A stretch of DNA of 64,000 nucleotides. It comes from an uncultured virus (IMG/VR IMGVR_UViG_2731957961_000002) (Duplodnaviria; Heunggongvirae; Uroviricota; Caudoviricetes). The DNA is taken from the IMG/VR virus record IMGVR_UViG_2731957961_000002. One strand, 5' to 3'. The translations under genes were made by a program, and so were the position numbers. The notes beneath the pieces were generated by a model. That model worked only from the letters and a program-made list of their open reading frames with translations. It was not told where the DNA came from and did not search any database. Positions within the stretch are counted from its first letter, which is position 1; each line of letters starts with the position of its first letter. Positions 8,981-18,881 of the stretch are shown one piece after another.

Positions 8981-9480
8981 TGACGTTCGCCAATGCACCA
9001 TGGACCGATGAAGAAGTCGTCAACCTGAACCGCTGGCAATCGGTCGGTTGGGTGCATGAATATACTTGCCCGAACGATCATTCCGGCTCGCGTGTCCTGG
9101 TCGCCGGCAGGAACGGCTGGTCGTGCCCGAGCTGCGTCTATACGCAGAACTGGGCGCATCCCGGCGCGCTGGAGGGACCGCCGCCGAATCCGTTCGAGAC
9201 GCACGCCAATCCGGCCTGGCTCAGCCTCATGCTGGAGCTGACGCGGGTCGTCTGCCTGACTCATCGTCGCTTCAACGCCGACGACGTCATGGATCTCTAT
9301 GATGCCATCGAGCACGCGCCGACGACGCCGGAGGCGCGGGCGATGGGGCCGGTCCTGCAGAAGGCGGCGAAGGCCGGCTACTGCAAGAAGACCAAGCTGA
9401 CCGAGAAGTCCCGCCGGAAGGGAAGCCGCGGCCGGTCGCTGACTATGTGGGAGTCTTTGATCTGCGAGGTGCGGCGATGA
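8977..9480 (+). CDS. Hypothetical phage protein
   Basis: HEYTC..CPSC..QNWAH N-terminal motif; coupled ORF. Confidence 0.65.
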   Translation: MMTFANAPWTDEEVVNLNRWQSVGWVHEYTCPNDHSGSRVLVAGRNGWSCPSCVYTQNWAHPGALEGPPPNPFETHANPAWLSLMLELTRVVCLTHRRFNADDVMDLYDAIEHAPTTPEARAMGPVLQKAAKAGYCKKTKLTEKSRRKGSRGRSLTMWESLICEVRR

Positions 9481-9875
9481 TCGCTTTTGCCTGCCGCGTC
9501 GATCATGACCCGCGCGAACCGAGCGAGCACAAGCTGCAGACTCAGGTGATCGACCTGATCGATATCGGCAAGACGCATCCGGACATCTTCGCCTTCGCGA
9601 TTCCGAACGCCGGCCGGCGCGGCTTCCAGACCGCCACCAAGATGAAGGCCGAGGGTCTGAGGGCCGGTGTCGCCGATGTCTGCGTCATGCTGCTGGAAGG
9701 CCGCACCGGATGGCTCGAACTGAAAAAGCGCAAGGGCGGCCGGCAGTCGGACGAACAAAAGGGATTCGAAGCCAGGTGCAAACGCCTGGGCCATCCGTAT
9801 GCGCTGGCGCGCACGCTGGATGAAGCCATCACCGCGCTGGTTCGCTGGGGCGTGCTGAAGCCAACCAATTTCTGA
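9477..9875 (+). CDS. VRR-NUC domain nuclease
   Basis: SEHKLQ..AIPNAG..KAEGLRAGVAD..WLELK..QSDEQ. Confidence 0.9.
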   Translation: MIAFACRVDHDPREPSEHKLQTQVIDLIDIGKTHPDIFAFAIPNAGRRGFQTATKMKAEGLRAGVADVCVMLLEGRTGWLELKKRKGGRQSDEQKGFEARCKRLGHPYALARTLDEAITALVRWGVLKPTNF

Positions 9876-9886
9876 GGGAGACAATC

Positions 9887-10465
9887 ATGCACCATGTGCC
9901 AGTAAAGCTCACGCCAGAGCAGGCCGCAATCCATCGCAAGGCGTACCTGAAGAATCTTCATTACAGCAAGCCGGGCGACGCCGACATCATTCGCACCTAC
10001 CGCCACATTGAGAAGGGCGGATTGGTGATCAAGGCGCTGGAGTCCATTGCGACGGCCGGCGTTGACGAGCTGGGCCTGCCGAAGCTCGCCATCGCTCGCG
10101 CCGATCAGAAGGTCTGTCATCTCAGCATGCACGGCAACGGCGGCGCCACGATGTCGCCGGGTGGCCGGACGCGTCGGAACTCGCGGCGCAGTCAAACGAG
10201 CTGGTTCGATTTCCCGGCGAAGACGTTCCCGGAGAAGTCTGGCTGGCGCAGCGCCGAGGCAATCGTGCCCCTGGTGCCGCTTAGTCTTCGGCCGAAGCGG
10301 GCGCTGGAGGCCTATCACATCCTGTTCGAGGCGGATTGGCGCAAGGCGCCGCCTATCGATCCGTTTTTGCTGAAGCGCCTGAGCACACACGCCGATTTGT
10401 GGTTGGTCGTTTGCGCTTGGGATTTGACCGAGGTCGAGCGCGCTGTGCTGGCGGGACGCGTCTGA
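9887..10465 (+). CDS. Hypothetical phage protein
   Basis: GAGGGAG RBS; DPFLLKRL..WDLTEVER. Confidence 0.7.
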   Translation: MHHVPVKLTPEQAAIHRKAYLKNLHYSKPGDADIIRTYRHIEKGGLVIKALESIATAGVDELGLPKLAIARADQKVCHLSMHGNGGATMSPGGRTRRNSRRSQTSWFDFPAKTFPEKSGWRSAEAIVPLVPLSLRPKRALEAYHILFEADWRKAPPIDPFLLKRLSTHADLWLVVCAWDLTEVERAVLAGRV

Positions 10466-10875
10466 TGGGCAAGGTCAAGCTTCTGCAGAGCGACAGTCAG
10501 GCGCCGATGAAGCCGTCGGCGCAGACGCAGAAGCTTGTCGATACCAACCGCCAGATGCGCCGGTATCGCGCCTGGAAGGGCGAGCAGTTCGAGCTGATCG
10601 CGCGTGGTGGATCCGGCGAGCAGTGGCGCGAGCTGCGCATGGTGTTGCGCCTGATGTCCTACGAGGAGATCGAGCTGCGCCTGGTCGAGCACATCAGGCA
10701 CCAGACCTGGCTGCTCGAAGCTGACGAGGAAACTCGCGCAGCGGCCTTGAGCCTGATCCATGGCGCCATCATCAAGCTTCGCATTCGCAACGGCTATGCG
10801 CCGCTCAACGACTCGCTGCCTGGCGAGCCGCCGACTGCATTCGAGCGCATCCGTGAACTCTTGCAAGTGACGTAA
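10465..10875 (+). CDS. Hypothetical phage protein
   Basis: TGATG coupling; GYAPLNDSLPGEPPTAF. Confidence 0.7.
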   Translation: MGKVKLLQSDSQAPMKPSAQTQKLVDTNRQMRRYRAWKGEQFELIARGGSGEQWRELRMVLRLMSYEEIELRLVEHIRHQTWLLEADEETRAAALSLIHGAIIKLRIRNGYAPLNDSLPGEPPTAFERIRELLQVT

Positions 10876-10891
10876 ACCCCGGAGCGCAAAC

Positions 10892-11746
10892 ATGGAACGC
10901 AGACTCAGGATTATTACGGCAGACGAGCGGATGGCGCAGGACAAGGGCGTCAAGGCCCTGATCATCGGGCCGGCCGGCGTCGGCAAGACGACGCTGCTGC
11001 GAACGCTGGATCCGAAGACGACGTTGTTTGTCGACCTGGAGGCCGGCGATCTCGCGGTGCGCGACTGGCCGGTCGCGACGCTGCAGCCGCGGACGTGGGA
11101 GGAGTGCCGGAATCTCGCGGCCTATCTCGGCGGTCCAAATCCATCGCTGCCACCTACCGCCTGTTACAGTCAGGCACACTACGACGCCATGGTCGAGGTG
11201 ATGGGGCCGGCCGACGCGATCAAGCAATACGAGACCTTCTTTATCGATTCCATCACGGTCGCGAGCAGGCTGTGCTTTCGCTGGGCCGAGCAGCAGCCCG
11301 AAAGCTTCAACGACAAGGGCAAGAAGAACCTGCTTGGCACCTACGGTCTGATGGGCCGCGAGATGATCGCCTGGCTGACGCATCTCCAGCACACGCGCGA
11401 CAAGAATGTTTTCTTCGTCGGGATCCTGGAGCTGGTACGCGACGACTACAACGTTTCATCGTGGGAGCCGCAAATCGAGGGCTCGAAGACCGGCAAGGAA
11501 TTGCCGGGCATCGTCGACGAGATCCTGACGATGCAGTTCATCAATTTCGGCGACGGCGACCTGGTCCGCGCGCTGGTCTGCACGCAACCGAACCCGTGGA
11601 AATTCCCGGCCAAGGATCGTTCCGGCAAGCTCGACCAGATCGAGGAGCCGCACCTTGGCAAGCTGATGGCCAAGATCGCCGCCGACAAGCCGCGGCATCC
11701 GGTCTCGCATGAACTCCCGCAACTCACCACCACCGAAGCAGCCTAA
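10892..11746 (+). CDS. AAA_24/Sak4-like recombination ATPase
   Basis: Walker A GPAGVGKT, FVDLEAG, Walker B FFIDSIT, PAKDRSG. Confidence 0.9.
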   Translation: MERRLRIITADERMAQDKGVKALIIGPAGVGKTTLLRTLDPKTTLFVDLEAGDLAVRDWPVATLQPRTWEECRNLAAYLGGPNPSLPPTACYSQAHYDAMVEVMGPADAIKQYETFFIDSITVASRLCFRWAEQQPESFNDKGKKNLLGTYGLMGREMIAWLTHLQHTRDKNVFFVGILELVRDDYNVSSWEPQIEGSKTGKELPGIVDEILTMQFINFGDGDLVRALVCTQPNPWKFPAKDRSGKLDQIEEPHLGKLMAKIAADKPRHPVSHELPQLTTTEAA

Positions 11747-11763
11747 TCAAAGGAGAACGAGAC

Positions 11764-12360
11764 ATGCCCATGGATTTCAACAACGCACCGGAGCAGCGCG
11801 ATTTCAGCGTGATGGATGACGGCACCATCGCCGTATGTCAGATCAACATTCGTCCCGGCAATGCCGGTGAGGGTGGCTGGCTCAAGCGCTCGAAGAACGG
11901 CGACAGCATGGGGCTCGATATCGAGTTCACTGTGGTGGGCGGCACCTATGACAAGCGGAAGTTCTGGTCGTTCTGGGTGCTGGAGGGTGTGACGGACGGC
12001 CATCAGAAGGCGGCCGACATTTCCGCCGGCCGAATCCGCGCCGTGCTGGAGAGCGCCCGCGGCGTTCGTCCGGACGATCAGAGCGACGAAGCCAAGGCCG
12101 CGCGCCGTCTCAACGACTTCAGCGAACTCGACGGCATCCGCTTCATCGGCAAGATCGGGATCGAGCGGGCCGAGGAGGGATCGCGCTACAAGGACAAGAA
12201 TGTTCTCGATGCCGCGATCACGCCCGACCGTACCGCCTGGACCAAGGTCGAGCAGAACCTGCGCAGCGCTACCGCGGTCGCGGCAATCGGCTCGACACTC
12301 GGCGGCGCACAGCCTGCGTTCGCCGGCAAGACTGAAAAGCCGAAGTGGGCCACCGGCTAG
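11764..12360 (+). CDS. Phage ssDNA-binding-like protein (DUF669-like)
   Basis: Follows Sak4; IEFTVVGGTYDKRKFW; C-terminal PKWA. Confidence 0.7.
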   Translation: MPMDFNNAPEQRDFSVMDDGTIAVCQINIRPGNAGEGGWLKRSKNGDSMGLDIEFTVVGGTYDKRKFWSFWVLEGVTDGHQKAADISAGRIRAVLESARGVRPDDQSDEAKAARRLNDFSELDGIRFIGKIGIERAEEGSRYKDKNVLDAAITPDRTAWTKVEQNLRSATAVAAIGSTLGGAQPAFAGKTEKPKWATG

Positions 12361-12370
12361 GAGCACGCCG

Positions 12371-12919
12371 ATGGCCGCGCCAGTTCAAAAGCTGCGCAAC
12401 GCCGAGGCGGAGTGGATGGCGAAAGCCACTCAGTCCGCCATCGACGCCATGCGCGACGTGATCTCCGAGCACGGCGTCAACAGCCGCGCGTCGGTCGGAT
12501 CGCTGTCGGACCTGGAGATGGGCTGGTTCGCCTGCGCGGCCATCTTCGGCTGGATCAAGACCAAGGCGGAGCATGCGGTCGCGGAAGGCGTCGGCTACGA
12601 CGAGAAAATCATGTTCATGCCGGATTATTTTCCGGAGCCGTGGGATGCCGGCGCGGTTGCTTCGATTCTGCCGGCGCTCGCAGATCTCAAGGGAATCCCT
12701 TGGCACAAGCCGATTGGCGAGTGGTCGAGCAAGGAAGTGATCCGTTTCACGTGGAACGCTTATTTCCTGATCGAACGCGCCATCCGCCATCGCGCTGAAG
12801 GCGCCGAAGGCAAGCTAACACAAGATTCGCAGGCGCGCACCGAGCGCGAAATGAGCACGCGGCATGGCGGACCGCTGATGTCGCGGAAGGAGATGGACGA
12901 TGTCGAACCTCCGTTCTGA
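12371..12919 (+). CDS. Hypothetical phage protein
   Basis: AGGAG RBS; acidic C-terminal DDVEPPF. Confidence 0.65.
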   Translation: MAAPVQKLRNAEAEWMAKATQSAIDAMRDVISEHGVNSRASVGSLSDLEMGWFACAAIFGWIKTKAEHAVAEGVGYDEKIMFMPDYFPEPWDAGAVASILPALADLKGIPWHKPIGEWSSKEVIRFTWNAYFLIERAIRHRAEGAEGKLTQDSQARTEREMSTRHGGPLMSRKEMDDVEPPF

Positions 12920-13100
12920 TGAACCACGGATCCGCGTCACACGCACGATTGTCTACGAAGGCCGCGAGAGCTGGGTGCGGCAGACGCTTGAACATTCGTT
13001 CATCGGTTCGAGCATCTTCGCCGTCGCCAGTGGACGCATCTTCGAGAGCGGAAGGATTGAGGAACCGCTGCCGGCGGAGGAGGACGACGACAATGCTTGA
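12900..13100 (+). CDS. Hypothetical protein
   Basis: Short overlapping ORF in operon. Confidence 0.45.
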   Translation: MSNLRSDEPRIRVTRTIVYEGRESWVRQTLEHSFIGSSIFAVASGRIFESGRIEEPLPAEEDDDNA

Positions 13101-13815
13101 CTTCAACCCACCGCTCTCGACCGAACTCAACAACGCGCTCAACGCCGTTCTGGATACGGCGGCACAGATCCGCGAGCGCGAGGAACAGCGCGACTATCTC
13201 GGCGCCTCGGCGATTGGCTCGGAATGTCTGCGCAAGGTGCAGTTTGACTGGATGCGCGACTCCGTGTTCCCGGCGCGCACGCGGCGGATCTTCGACCGCG
13301 GTCACGCGTCGGAGGAAAAGATCGCAGCGTCGTTCAAGCTCGCCGGCTTCGAGCTGGAGCGCGGCACGGCGCGATGCGAATATTCGACCGCCGACGGCTC
13401 GTTCAAAGGGCACTGCGACGGCATTCTGCACAACGGTCCCAGGATCGGCCTGAAGTTTCCCTGCCTCTGGGAGAACAAGTGCCTGGGATCCTCGGGCTGG
13501 AAGAAGATCGAGAAGTACGGGCTGCGCGCGTCGTACCCGGTCTATTACGACCAGTGCCAGCTTTACATGGCCTATCTCGGTCTCGACGAAAACCCGGCGC
13601 TGTTTACCGCGGAGAACGCCGACACCTGTCATCTGCTGGCGGTGTTGGTCGATTTCGACGCCGCAGCGGCGCAGGCGGCATCCGACAGGGCCGCGCACAT
13701 CATCCGCGCGACGCGTGCCGGTGAATTGCTGCCGCGCATCACCGAGAAGGGGCCGGACGATTGGCGCTGCAAGATGTGCTCGCACAGTCCGTATTGCTGG
13801 AGCCTGAACCATTAG
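13093..13815 (+). CDS. Cas4/YqaJ-like PD-(D/E)XK exonuclease
   Basis: YLGASAIGSEC, GHCDG, WENK, QCQLYM, CKMC..C. Confidence 0.85.
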   Translation: MLDFNPPLSTELNNALNAVLDTAAQIREREEQRDYLGASAIGSECLRKVQFDWMRDSVFPARTRRIFDRGHASEEKIAASFKLAGFELERGTARCEYSTADGSFKGHCDGILHNGPRIGLKFPCLWENKCLGSSGWKKIEKYGLRASYPVYYDQCQLYMAYLGLDENPALFTAENADTCHLLAVLVDFDAAAAQAASDRAAHIIRATRAGELLPRITEKGPDDWRCKMCSHSPYCWSLNH

Positions 13816-13830
13816 AGGTTAGGTATCGCT

Positions 13831-14277
13831 ATGGTCAGCGATGACGATATCAAGCGGCGGGACAAGCTGCTCGGCATGCTCAGCAGCAATTTCGACGGCG
13901 AGCGCGCGACGGCTAGTGCAATGCTGGCGAAAATGGCGGCATCCTACAAGATGACGATTCCCGAACTGTGCCAGGCCGGCGCCAAGCCGGCGAGTTCGTC
14001 GGGGCCACGTCCTGGTCCCGGTCCGTCGCCAGGACCGAAGCCGGGTCCGAAGGATCCGAACGCACTCGACAACGAGATGCTGATGATGCTGCGCAAGGTG
14101 ATCGATCATCATCTCGATTTGGTCACCGCGTGGGAGGAGGAGTTCCTGGAGAACGTCACGGATCGATATTACCGCGACGCCGATCTTTCGCCGAAGCAAA
14201 CCAGCGTCGCCATGCGGATCCTGGAGAAGGTGGCGTTGAACGCCGGCAAACCGCGCGATGGATTTAGACCGGTATAG
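13831..14277 (+). CDS. Hypothetical protein with Pro/Gly linker
   Basis: KLLGMLSSNFDGERA; (PGP)n linker; TAWEEEFL..LSPKQ. Confidence 0.7.
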   Translation: MVSDDDIKRRDKLLGMLSSNFDGERATASAMLAKMAASYKMTIPELCQAGAKPASSSGPRPGPGPSPGPKPGPKDPNALDNEMLMMLRKVIDHHLDLVTAWEEEFLENVTDRYYRDADLSPKQTSVAMRILEKVALNAGKPRDGFRPV

Positions 14278-14289
14278 GGATGACTGGCC

Positions 14290-16332
14290 GTGCTCGACTT
14301 CAACGACGCACCAAAGCAGGACGAATTGCGCGCGGAGAAACCCGCGCAGCCGCGTCGTGATGGCAAGGTCGACAAGACCGACATCAAGGAGCGGTTGAAC
14401 GCCGACGTGCGCGGCTTTGTGCAGTGGCTGTATTCCGGCCGCGCCTTTATGCACCGTACCGAGGCGCGGATCGGCAACATCCTGGGCGAGGCCGGCACGT
14501 CGCTCTGTATCGAGCTGGGCGGCGTCAACGCTGGCCAATGGTACGATCACGCCACCGATGAGGGTGGCGATATCATTTCGCTCTACCGCGGCTTTATGGG
14601 CTACAGCGGCATCTCCGAATTCGACCGCTCATTGCGCGAGATCGCCGCCGACTACTTCCACGATATCGTGCTGGACCAACCGGCCTGGACCGCGGCGCGA
14701 CGCACGACACCGAGCGAGAAAATCGCCGTCAACAAGGTCAAGTGGGGCGACAAGCCGCGCGAGGAGGAAGAAGTCCTCGGAGCGCCGATTGCAACGTTCC
14801 GCTACTACGATATCGACAACAACCTGATCGCCGCTGTCACGCGCTACGAACCGAAGACATTCAGGCCCTGGTGCTGGCGCACGGTCGACGGCGAAAAGAA
14901 ATGGATGATCGGCTCGCCGGCCGTCCGGCCGCTGTACCATCTTCCTCAAGTCGCCAAGGCCACCGAGATTGTCCTGGTCGAGGGCGAAGGCAAGGCCGAT
15001 GACCTGGCCAAGTTCGGCGTCGTCACGACGTCGATCATGGGCGGCGCCAACGCAGTCGACAAGACCAACTGGCTGCCGCTGTCGATGAAGAAGGTCTGCA
15101 TCTGGGCCGACAACGACGCCGCCGGTAGGGCCTTCGCGCAGGCCGCCATCGCCAAGCTCGCCCAGATCGGCTGCAAGATCTGGGTGGTGCCGGTGCCGGC
15201 GGACAAGCCGGAGAAGTGGGATTGCGCGGATTGCATCCGTGACGGCGGAGATCCCATGGCGATTTTGGCGAGCGCCGTGGAAATCAACGGCAAGCCCGAC
15301 GGGCCGCCGATCTTCGATTATCTCGACGTCAAGGGGATAAAGAGCAAGCCGGATCCGGTCTGGCTGATCGATGGCCTGATCAACGAAATGTCGCTCGGCT
15401 TCATCTATGGGCCGCCCGGCAGCCTGAAGACGTTCATCGCGCTCGGCATGGCGCTGAGCTTCGTTAGCGGCCAGCAGAAGTGGTGGGACCGCGACATCAA
15501 CCGCAACGGCGCCGTGATCTATCTGTGCCGGGAGGGCGTGGCCAGTCTCAAGTTTCGGATCATGGCGTGGGAGCAATTCCACGGCGCCGAGGCTGACGAT
15601 GCGCCGTTCTTCCTGATCGAGAGCAACATCAACTTCATGGCGGTCGCCGACATCAACATGTTGCTGGCAACCGTGAAGGCGATAGTCGACAAGATCAAGC
15701 AGCCGATAGCCGCCATCTTCGTCGACACCGTGAGCCGGGTACTGCCGGGCGCCAAGGAGAATGCCCAGGAAGACATGAGCCTGTTCGTCGCCGCCTGCGA
15801 CGCCGTCAAGCAGGCATTCGGCTGCGTCGTGATCGGCGTCCATCACAGCAACAAGGAAGGCGGCTTCCGCGGCTCGACCGTCATGCCGGGTGCTGGCGAC
15901 TTCCTGATCGAAACCCGGCGCGAACCCGGCGCGATGGAGGGCTCGATCTTCGCCGCCAAGATCAAGGATTCGGAGGACGGTTGGGAGCAGACCTTCCGCG
16001 CCGAGAAGATCGCCGTCAATCCAGCCAAGCTGTCCCTGGTCGTGGTGCCGGTGCCGGACCAGGGCAAGCGCGACGGCGTCGGCTGGCCGAGCCGGCAGGT
16101 CTGCAAGGACATCCTGACAGCCATCCAGAAGCAGTGGACGGACGGCAAGCCGTGGTGCTTCGCAGCGAACAGCTCGCGCAACGCGGTCAACAACATCATG
16201 CAACGGTGGAGCCTGAAGCGCGAGGTGGCGGCCGACATCCTGGCCACCTGGACCGCCAAGGGCATCATCGCCGAGGACATCCGCGACGTGCACAGCCACG
16301 TCAAAGGCTATCGAAAGCTGTTGGACATTTGA
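14290..16332 (+). CDS. Primase-helicase (TOPRIM + AAA_25/RepA-like)
   Basis: LVEGEGKAD, WADNDAAG, GPPGSLKT, IFVDT, GVHHSNK..RGS. Confidence 0.9.
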   Translation: MLDFNDAPKQDELRAEKPAQPRRDGKVDKTDIKERLNADVRGFVQWLYSGRAFMHRTEARIGNILGEAGTSLCIELGGVNAGQWYDHATDEGGDIISLYRGFMGYSGISEFDRSLREIAADYFHDIVLDQPAWTAARRTTPSEKIAVNKVKWGDKPREEEEVLGAPIATFRYYDIDNNLIAAVTRYEPKTFRPWCWRTVDGEKKWMIGSPAVRPLYHLPQVAKATEIVLVEGEGKADDLAKFGVVTTSIMGGANAVDKTNWLPLSMKKVCIWADNDAAGRAFAQAAIAKLAQIGCKIWVVPVPADKPEKWDCADCIRDGGDPMAILASAVEINGKPDGPPIFDYLDVKGIKSKPDPVWLIDGLINEMSLGFIYGPPGSLKTFIALGMALSFVSGQQKWWDRDINRNGAVIYLCREGVASLKFRIMAWEQFHGAEADDAPFFLIESNINFMAVADINMLLATVKAIVDKIKQPIAAIFVDTVSRVLPGAKENAQEDMSLFVAACDAVKQAFGCVVIGVHHSNKEGGFRGSTVMPGAGDFLIETRREPGAMEGSIFAAKIKDSEDGWEQTFRAEKIAVNPAKLSLVVVPVPDQGKRDGVGWPSRQVCKDILTAIQKQWTDGKPWCFAANSSRNAVNNIMQRWSLKREVAADILATWTAKGIIAEDIRDVHSHVKGYRKLLDI

Positions 16333-16338
16333 GGCTGG

Positions 16339-16545
16339 AACCCGGTGGTTCCGGGTTGAAAATGGGATTGGAACCGATGCGAAAGTGCCGAGGGCGGTCG
16401 CGCAAGTATCTGGGATCATTGGCGAAAGTAATTTGCGAAAGTGGCGAAAGCGCGGGATGGTTGTGCTGTAACCCATTGATTTCATTGACTGCGAAAGCGA
16501 AGGCGAAAGCCCCCTCCTACGGAGGGGGTTTGCGGCCGAAAGCCG
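16339..16545. repeat. Iteron-like GCGAAAG repeats with hairpin and IHF site (putative origin)
   Basis: GCGAAAG at 16379, 16422, 16435, 16444, 16491, 16503; IHF-consensus AATCAATGGGTTA on minus strand 16469-16481. Confidence 0.6.
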
Positions 16546-16594
16546 CGCACTCCTGTCTCACGTAGGCTTTGCAACTTAAGCGGGAGCGACGGAA

Positions 16595-16870
16595 ATGAGC
16601 ACAAATCGCAAGCCGCCGGACGAGCTGGCCGACGTCCGGGAGCGGATCAAGGAGCTGAAGGGTCGGGAGGAGGAGCTTCGAGATCTGCTGATCTCGGGCA
16701 AGGCCGATCTGGTCGGTGACGACTACGCGGCCAAGGTTTCGACGGTGACATCGGAACGGATCGACGGCAAGAAGCTCCGCCGGGATCTCGGGCACCAGTT
16801 CCTGGAGCCGTTCCTGGTCACGGTCGAGAGCACGGTGGTCAATGTCGAGCGCATGCGGGGGGAGGGTTGA
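16595..16870 (+). CDS. Hypothetical phage protein
   Basis: DELADVRERIKELK; GGAG RBS. Confidence 0.7.
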   Translation: MSTNRKPPDELADVRERIKELKGREEELRDLLISGKADLVGDDYAAKVSTVTSERIDGKKLRRDLGHQFLEPFLVTVESTVVNVERMRGEG

Positions 16871-17485
16871 ATGTCACGACGCAAGAGTCTGGCCCGGCGC
16901 GAACCCAGTGGCCGGCCGCAGCGGGTGCATCTGCATCGCGAGCTGCAACTGCCGCCGCCGTCCGAGGTGCGGCGATTGATGGATGCCGCGGTCGCGGGCA
17001 TGCGGCCGGCGGAGTGGGGCACGATGCTCGGGCGGCTGTATCTCGCCGGGCGTATCACCGAAACCCAGTTCGCGGCCGGGCGGCGCTGGAGTGCGCTGGT
17101 CGCGGAATATTCGCAGGCGTGCTGCGCGCCGCGGATGCCACAATCGGCGAAGCTCGAACCCGGCGGCGGCAACGCGGTCGATCCCGATAGCGCCAAGGGC
17201 GCCAGGGAAGCCCGCCGGCATGCGCGTATGGTCGAGAGCTTCGAGAGTGGCGCCGAAGCACTTCGACGCGCTGGGATGGCTTCTGTGCGCGTTGTCAGCG
17301 CCGTCTGCGAACAGGATCTGGCGCCGGCAGGTCAGGTCGAGATCGAGGCGCTGCGAACCGGACTGCAGACGCTGGCGGCAGCGTGGTCCGCGAAAGTGCG
17401 GAGGTCGAAACCCAGCATGATGAGACCCAGCAGCATGCCGAAACCCGGTGCAGCGAAACCCAAGGCCGAAACCCAGTGTGAATAG
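16871..17485 (+). CDS. Hypothetical protein at late-regulator position
   Basis: LGRLYLAGRITETQFAAGRRW; last gene of early operon. Confidence 0.6.
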   Translation: MSRRKSLARREPSGRPQRVHLHRELQLPPPSEVRRLMDAAVAGMRPAEWGTMLGRLYLAGRITETQFAAGRRWSALVAEYSQACCAPRMPQSAKLEPGGGNAVDPDSAKGAREARRHARMVESFESGAEALRRAGMASVRVVSAVCEQDLAPAGQVEIEALRTGLQTLAAAWSAKVRRSKPSMMRPSSMPKPGAAKPKAETQCE

Positions 17486-17714
17486 GGATGCGGAATCCCA
17501 CTGCCGAAACCCAGGCGAAACTTAGGGCGTGTACTTCAAATTCGCGATGTCCGCTTAAACACCAACAGCGGCGCCAAAGCCGACACGGACATCGACCAGG
17601 ATTGTGCAAATCTCATTTTTCTCTAGGACTTTATTGCTGTTTGGAGGGATAGATGGGACTCGGAGCATATTTGTGAGCGTCGGCGCAACTTAAGGCATCG
17701 TCGAGAGAACCCTA

Positions 17715-18523
17715 ATGACGTTATACCATTACACCACCGCCGCAGGCCTGCAGGGCATAATAGCAAGCAAATCGCTTTGGACCACCGACTACCGATTTCT
17801 GAATGACACTTCGGAGTTCCGGTACGGTTGGAAACTAGTGGTCGACGCGATGGACCGTCGCGAAGCAGAAATCAAAGAACGCTCATCGTTCGCCTGGCAG
17901 ACGATTGAGCTTTTTCTGCGAGATTTGGACAAGGCGTATGCGTTTATTGGTTCACTGACGTCGCAGAGTGATCTTCTTTCGCAATGGCGGGGCTACAATC
18001 GTGGACAAGGCTTTGCGATTGGCTTCAACGAGGACTGGCTCGAGCGAAACGCCGCTGTGCAACAATTCGATATTAGTCCTGTNACTCTACGACCCTCACG
18101 AGCAGCGAGGGGCCGCTGACAAAACGGTAGACCTCNCTCATCCGGGAGTTGGCGGATGCGGCCGAACCAGCAACTGAACTTGAAAAAATCAACACATGGC
18201 GGGTACACGCAGTGAAGACGGCTCTCAGCTTGAAGGATCGTCACTTTTCCGAAGAGCAAGAATCTCGGCTTGTCTGGGCTGGTCACACGTGGCCGGTAGC
18301 CCTGAAAACGCGAGTTTCACCGGCTGGACTTGTTCCATACCGAGCATTTCAGTTTAATTTGGCGAGAGCGAGAGGTGTACATCCTAATAACTTCGGAATT
18401 GAAGAGATAATCGTAGGTCCTGCACTCGGACAACAACAGGTCATAGCCGTAGAAGCGCTACTGGCGTCCCACAGCATGCGACTGGAGATTCATCGATCCG
18501 CGATTCCCTATGTCGCGGATTAG
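17715..18523 (+). CDS. DUF2971-family protein (putative defence)
   Basis: LYHYTT..FLND..DLLSQWRGY..GFAIGF..FSEEQESR..EEIIVGP; single 268-aa ORF once the Ns at 18083 and 18136 are removed. Confidence 0.8.
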
Positions 18524-18651
18524 CAATATGATGCAACATGAGCGCTCACAGGCAATTCGGCTGGGCGCCAAATGCCGACATTTGCGCAAATGGCCAGGGG
18601 CTTTTATCAGACACCAGATGCGATAACCTGATGATAGGGAGGACCAGCTAC

Positions 18652-18852
18652 ATGGCCTGGACAGTGACTAGCATTCAGCCCACTCAAATTCCAACCGGCG
18701 ACGTCATGCCGGGCTTCAACCTTCAGCAAGAAGGGCACTCGCCCACTGTTACCTTCGTTTTTGAGAACGAGCAGAAAGCAAGGGAAGGTCAACAGTTGTT
18801 GGACCAGCTACTCGATATGAGCGCAGCTATCGTTCACCTTGGTGCCCGTTAG
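18652..18852 (+). CDS. Hypothetical protein
   Basis: GGAGG RBS; 66 aa. Confidence 0.55.
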   Translation: MAWTVTSIQPTQIPTGDVMPGFNLQQEGHSPTVTFVFENEQKAREGQQLLDQLLDMSAAIVHLGAR

Positions 18853-18881
18853 GAAACGCCGCGTTCTATCGGGACAGTTCG

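Noticed and set aside
13093..13815. Cas4-like gene as evidence of CRISPR-Cas
   Set aside because: No cas1/cas2 or repeat-spacer array; it sits in a standard Sak4-SSB-exonuclease module
17406..17523. GAAACCC repeats as a CRISPR array
   Set aside because: Units are only 7-9 bp with irregular short spacing
17715..18523. DUF2971 gene split into three ORFs (pseudogene)
   Set aside because: Both breaks coincide with single N placeholders; removing them gives one intact frame
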